NCBI GenBank assembly: GCA_050294405.1
Contig: JBNKOC010000027.1
Location: 32,001 to 96,000, forward strand
Source: Fibrobacteria bacterium
GTDB lineage: Bacteria; Fibrobacterota; Fibrobacteria; UBA11236; JADFYW01
Direction of reading: 5' to 3'
DNA length: 64,000 bases
Each line of letters opens with the position of its first letter. The first letter of the stretch is position 1. The position numbers were made by a program, and so were the translations under genes. The notes under the pieces are model-generated. The model was not told the origin of the DNA and did no database searches. It saw nothing but the letters and a program-made list of their open reading frames with translations. This document shows, piece after piece, positions 60,401-64,000 of the stretch.

Positions 60401-62558
60401 GTGGAGAATATATTTATACACAGGCAACCTACAGGAAGCCTATTCGCTAGCTGTAGATTCAGTGTCAAAATCCAAAATCTGCAAGGACATTCACTTCCGT
60501 ACAATTTCTGAACTGTGTATAGAATACATTAATGCCTTACAAATCAAAGACTATTACAAAAAAAACGGGACACAGCTAAGTTCTTTTGGTCAAACAAAAA
60601 CCGAAATACTTACAAGCATCATGATGTCTATTCAAATAGCAAAAATTCATCTATTATTTAATGAAACAAAACTTTCATACAATTGTCTCGTTCCACATAT
60701 AAAGGAAATTAAATCAAGAAATTTAAAGCAAGAGTATGTTACTCCTATTTTCAATTTAATTTGCGAGACCTTATATAAAGACATCCTCTTAGGGAAAGAG
60801 GGCAATTTAAATTTTAGTAAAAAGAAAAAAATGTCTTTATTTAGAAAGTTCATAACCTTGTCCCTGATAAACTGCACAAATTTCCCAGCCCATGTGGGAT
60901 CTATATATAGAAGTATTGCATGGTATTCCTATTTTAGGGGTTGGAAATCCATGTCTGTATTTTTCTTTAAAAAAGCAATCGGAAAATTTCACAAGCTGAA
61001 TATGAGTCTTGAGGAAGGACAAACCTACGAAGATATTGCCAAATTTTATTATTTAGAAGGAATCTCCGGTGACTACATAGATAATATTGAAAAAGCATAT
61101 AAATATTATTCCGATTGCAACGCCTCTGTTCTTATTGAAAGACTAACCAATTTACATTCGCACGAAATACCACAAACATCTAAGTTTGAGAGTGCATCAA
61201 GCCTAAACAATTCTATTATAGAATCAGATATCAACCATCTCAGAGTGAATACCATTCTTGATGTGTCTAACACAATTATCGAAAATACGGATATAAATCT
61301 AATAATGGAACAAACTGTAATGGCACTCATTAAAACAACGGGCGCCCAAAATGGATACATGTTTCTTGTTTCGGATAATCAATCTAAAAAAAAATTATTT
61401 CTGGATTTTAATGGTAAAGAAATTAGAGATGCCGAATCAAATTACTCTGATGAGATAATTGAATGGGTAAACAATAGCAGAAAATCCATTTTATTAAAGG
61501 ATGGATCCGATACAGATATCATTAAAACTATCCCGAAAAGCAAAATCAGGTCCGTCTTATGTATTCCCCTTATAAGAAAGGATAACTATTTGGGATGTGT
61601 TTATCTTAGTAACGATAGAATTTCAGGTTTATTTACCAGTACATCCGAAAAAGCCGCTAAATTACTTGTTGCTCAAGCTTCCATACTCTTAGAAAACGCT
61701 TATTTATTAAACAGTTACAAACAATTAAATGAAAATTTAGAAGAAATTGTAAAAGAACAAACCGCTGACATTAGAAGTAAAAAAGAAGAGCTGGAAGACT
61801 TTAATTTAAAGCTAATAGAATCTGAGCGGATGAAGGATATTTTAACAGGCACCTTAGTACACGATATTAAAAATTATGTAGCGGGCATTGAAGGAAATTT
61901 AAAAGTATTAAAAAGAAAACTTGGGGATGAGGAAAAAAACTTTCGCAGCTTGCATACGGCAGCCATGGCATGTATGGATATAGCTTCTCTTTCTTCGAAC
62001 CTCTTAGATATTGGTAGAATGGAAGAAGGCCATTTAGAAATCAAGCCTCAAAAAGTTTCCTACAATGTAATAAGCCATATAATTTCGAAATTAAGAGAGG
62101 CAGCCCCCTTTGAAGAAAAAAACATTGATGTTGAATTAATAAAACCTGAATTTGATGTTAACTTTGAATGGGACCACAGATTATTGGACAGAGTTATCCA
62201 AAATTTATTTAATAATGCGGCTAAATATACTCCAGAACAGGGAAAAGTAAAAGTATACTTCGAAAACCACAATTCTGAATATGTAATGGTAATTTACAAC
62301 TCTGGAAATCCCATTGAAGAAGAATACAAACAGGAACTTTTCAACAAATACGCCCGTGCAGGGGCTAAGTGGTCGCCTTATTCAAAGGGACTGGGCCTAT
62401 TTTTTTGCAAAATGGTTGTTCAGGCCCATAAGGGGAATATATGGGTAGATACGGATATAAGCGGAAATTATTTTAAAATTTCCTGTAGCAAAAATTTTTC
62501 CCATAAGGCCAAAGAATCACATATGGCCAGCCCTGAAAGAGATTCCCAGCCTGTTTGA
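57426..62558 (+). CDS. Ser/Thr kinase - AAA(STAND)-type ATPase - TPR-like - GAF - histidine kinase hybrid
   Basis: HCDINPNN, DFG, YLAPEQ; Walker A GSSGMGKS, Walker B IDDFQWID; FTHDQI; GAF SVLCIPL; LVHDIKN, NAAKY, GLGLFFCK. Confidence 0.92.
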   Translation: MIPKQLGKYRIISPIGKGYDSTVYLCQDLETNKKYILKSLSKVNSNLEKVISSSVRFKNEIDILDTINHENINSIHDSFLHDEHYQIVFPYEPGVTLNERIESSGVIDTENAIKIISQILEGLKYIHSRGYVHCDINPNNIYILENGLVKILDFGFAFLDSENMSKNPGSIVGTIPYLAPEQTGYTNFKIDARTDTFCTGVILYRLLANKLPFEIKDNSITELIDSILKCDIKPLKNIPIKFNQILIKSLQPNPADRYQTAQGFLEDLNQAMKLEESEVWKVGDKDRVISINRKKIFIGRNNELSQISDVLKIHNSTRAGSLLVYGSSGMGKSFLIKHLKSKNIITAPVIIESKCNRFSKSQPFSTLRDLILNFLYDQVKSSTDLANLESFVNEKYGSKSGHILEAIPELAPFFKSVNFEKSVENQSNRLNHYLFNFFRELGNKYKIMLHIDDFQWIDHPSFLVISKLLESKNRPFIIISYRTEKQNSDLFVDDYDLNKIEFTATINLKAFDKKDVIAYLDTKFGSFGNQSQLADILISKTNSSPFEIEEALIHLTNNNLIIPKDKDWKISIKTIQAVGEKFNIIDILSHKIKFLSIEEKKILEFASASQKPINPSLLISIFNLPRKETHLIINDLLSQGLLKMDISGKFAFTHDQIRDIIYLGISSSKQIQINEQYAKHFEGLIELNNEIIFDTAEYYLKTNNSSMTLKYLKMASEHAESKHDLTLAKYYLRKTLQIYSIVPDQKSKKTVDITLENIRLAKLMLMSGNNREVIGFLEKFIYKNKLPELQKLECKYILGSAYQYTSNFDEAIKCYMGALQSLKKNFPKNRITLITKTLFQIFIQYSTSWVFINFYQKPKKAEYQLKINIYRRLVHCFFYKDLLSCVYVAFCAKNMADKSIDTKEKIEAYLQHSYGLYFMYLKKSSFNLMNKAMRIALRIQRVDTIAEAHCWKGMIEYCDGKWITAKTELKESIKKYQSIADINSSLLPESHLWRIYLYTGNLQEAYSLAVDSVSKSKICKDIHFRTISELCIEYINALQIKDYYKKNGTQLSSFGQTKTEILTSIMMSIQIAKIHLLFNETKLSYNCLVPHIKEIKSRNLKQEYVTPIFNLICETLYKDILLGKEGNLNFSKKKKMSLFRKFITLSLINCTNFPAHVGSIYRSIAWYSYFRGWKSMSVFFFKKAIGKFHKLNMSLEEGQTYEDIAKFYYLEGISGDYIDNIEKAYKYYSDCNASVLIERLTNLHSHEIPQTSKFESASSLNNSIIESDINHLRVNTILDVSNTIIENTDINLIMEQTVMALIKTTGAQNGYMFLVSDNQSKKKLFLDFNGKEIRDAESNYSDEIIEWVNNSRKSILLKDGSDTDIIKTIPKSKIRSVLCIPLIRKDNYLGCVYLSNDRISGLFTSTSEKAAKLLVAQASILLENAYLLNSYKQLNENLEEIVKEQTADIRSKKEELEDFNLKLIESERMKDILTGTLVHDIKNYVAGIEGNLKVLKRKLGDEEKNFRSLHTAAMACMDIASLSSNLLDIGRMEEGHLEIKPQKVSYNVISHIISKLREAAPFEEKNIDVELIKPEFDVNFEWDHRLLDRVIQNLFNNAAKYTPEQGKVKVYFENHNSEYVMVIYNSGNPIEEEYKQELFNKYARAGAKWSPYSKGLGLFFCKMVVQAHKGNIWVDTDISGNYFKISCSKNFSHKAKESHMASPERDSQPV

Positions 62559-62741
62559 GTCTCACTAAGACCAAAAAATCTAAAGCTACTAAAGTTTCTA
62601 AACTTATATGTGCCCGTCTGCCGGGATTCCCCTAAAAATTGGTGGTATAATAATAGTAGTTAGTGATATCTGAAAAGGACTCAAATTTAGTTTCAATGGT
62701 CCTTTGATTTGGGTTGTTTTAAACGCTATTAATCGCATTAA

Positions 62742-63263
62742 ATGAATTTTAACTGGACCAAAAGCATATACGGATCCAAGGAGAGTCCTGAAAAGGGATT
62801 CACTATTATGGAGCTTGTAATGGTATTGGCTATCATCACCATTTTGACCACACTAGCCGCTCCCAAATTTAAATCCTGGAAGGAAATAATTGATTTACAC
62901 AATACCACCAGGCAAATAAAAGGGCAATTGGACTTTGCCAAGGTAAGGGCATTGACCAACCCACTGGTCCATTGTGGAGTTTATTTTAAAACAAGTTCAC
63001 CCTCTTACTCCGCCATCTTTTTTGACACTGCAATGGTTGGGTCATACGATTATAACATGGGCCAGGACCCCTTATATCAGGCAGCTTTGGAAATCCCCCC
63101 CGGTCTTAACGTTTCATTATCCATCCCAGGCGGCAAAGACGAGGTTATTTTCCGAGGAGACGGCTCCTCTAACACAAATGCAAACATAATAATTTCCAAT
63201 GGATTTATGTCTGATACCATTAACATTCTTGCAAGCACTGGCAGAATTAAAATATTAAAATGA
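62742..63263 (+). CDS. Type IV minor pilin / pseudopilin (FimT/FimU/GspH-like)
   Basis: Class III signal KG|FTIMELVMVL; F.GDG..; C-terminal STGRIK. Confidence 0.85.
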   Translation: MNFNWTKSIYGSKESPEKGFTIMELVMVLAIITILTTLAAPKFKSWKEIIDLHNTTRQIKGQLDFAKVRALTNPLVHCGVYFKTSSPSYSAIFFDTAMVGSYDYNMGQDPLYQAALEIPPGLNVSLSIPGGKDEVIFRGDGSSNTNANIIISNGFMSDTINILASTGRIKILK

Positions 63264-63664
63264 AAATCAAAAATCAGCGCCATCAATCCGGTTTTGCTCT
63301 AATGGAAATTTTAGTCGCTATGGCCATTCTTGGGGTCGGTTTCAGTTTTATTTTAATGTCAGATAAAATTTCCTGGAATACCACGAAAAGTTCAATAAAG
63401 ATGCTGAAAGCCGGGCACTTAATTGAAAAGAATATTGAGCAGCTTAGAATACATATAAGCTCAAATCCAGCAGCTAACTTTCCTCCTACAGACACCAGCT
63501 TCACTGAAGATGGAATTACATTTCAACGAAAAATAACAACGGCTTACTCTCCAAAAACGGGAACCGCCCTATCTAACATCCGAAAATTGGAAATAACTAC
63601 CGCTTGGGGTAGTAGCGTAAACGATTCTTTAAATATTCAAACTTACATATCCAGAGATTTTTAG
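63260..63664 (+). CDS. Type IV minor pilin (PilV/GspI-like)
   Basis: SG|FALMEILVAM; ATGA overlap with the upstream gene. Confidence 0.85.
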   Translation: MKIKNQRHQSGFALMEILVAMAILGVGFSFILMSDKISWNTTKSSIKMLKAGHLIEKNIEQLRIHISSNPAANFPPTDTSFTEDGITFQRKITTAYSPKTGTALSNIRKLEITTAWGSSVNDSLNIQTYISRDF

Positions 63665-63665
63665 C

Positions 63666-64000
63666 ATGTTTCACTTTAGCAACAGCAGTTCCGGGTTTTC
63701 CATTTTAGAACTCATGGTAGCCATGATGATTTCAGGAATATTTTTGTTAGCACTGGGAAAAATGTTAAATGATACTCAAGTAAGCTACCAAGCTCAAAGT
63801 GAAATATTAGAGGTAAATCAAAATGCTCAGTACACCATAAACAAGTTATCCGATGCCCTGATGGAAGCGGGAGCAACCCTCCCCTCTGGGGGATGGAATA
63901 TCATAGAAACAGCTTCCAACCCTTCTGACAGTTTTAAAGTCCATATTAATCCTGAAGGAGGATATCAGGTTATCCAACAAAGTTCCATTACCACAAACAA
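63666..64000 (+). CDS. Type IV minor pilin (PilW-like), truncated by the window end
   Basis: Not in the ORF track; translates as MFHFSNSSSG|FSILELMVAMMISGIFL...EVNQNAQYTINKLSDALMEAG. Confidence 0.82.
   Translation, partial: MFHFSNSSSGFSILELMVAMMISGIFLLALGKMLNDTQVSYQAQSEILEVNQNAQYTINKLSDALMEAGATLPSGGWNIIETASNPSDSFKVHINPEGGYQVIQQSSITTN

Overview
A 64-kb bacterial chromosome segment, probably from a Fibrobacterota/FCB-group polysaccharide degrader. That assignment is inferred from T9SS-like C-terminal tails and an OmpA-TPR-TPR-ExbB-ExbD locus, not from a marker gene. In order: (1) an envelope energy-transduction locus (1-9.1 kb); (2) oppABC, a small histone-like gene, psd, an amidohydrolase and mtnD; (3) a run of secreted enzymes with sorting-type tails (17.7-25.5 kb); (4) a ~2.2-kb islet bounded by a duplicated tRNA-Leu(GAG) 3' end, carrying one lipoprotein with glucan-water-dikinase-like domain order; (5) housekeeping genes (secG, tpiA, pgk, gap, guaA, hflX, aroE, an aroK-aroB fusion, an orphan mraY); (6) an AT-rich block from ~49.7 kb to the end with a START-PilZ fusion, an acyl-ACP-reductase-like gene, a single-module type I PKS lacking a thioesterase, a 1710-aa Ser/Thr kinase-AAA-GAF-His kinase and a minor-pilin cluster. 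The two best candidates for undescribed systems are the PKS/reductase/START-PilZ/kinase cassette and the exported dikinase islet. All family calls come from motif reading; no database searches were run.
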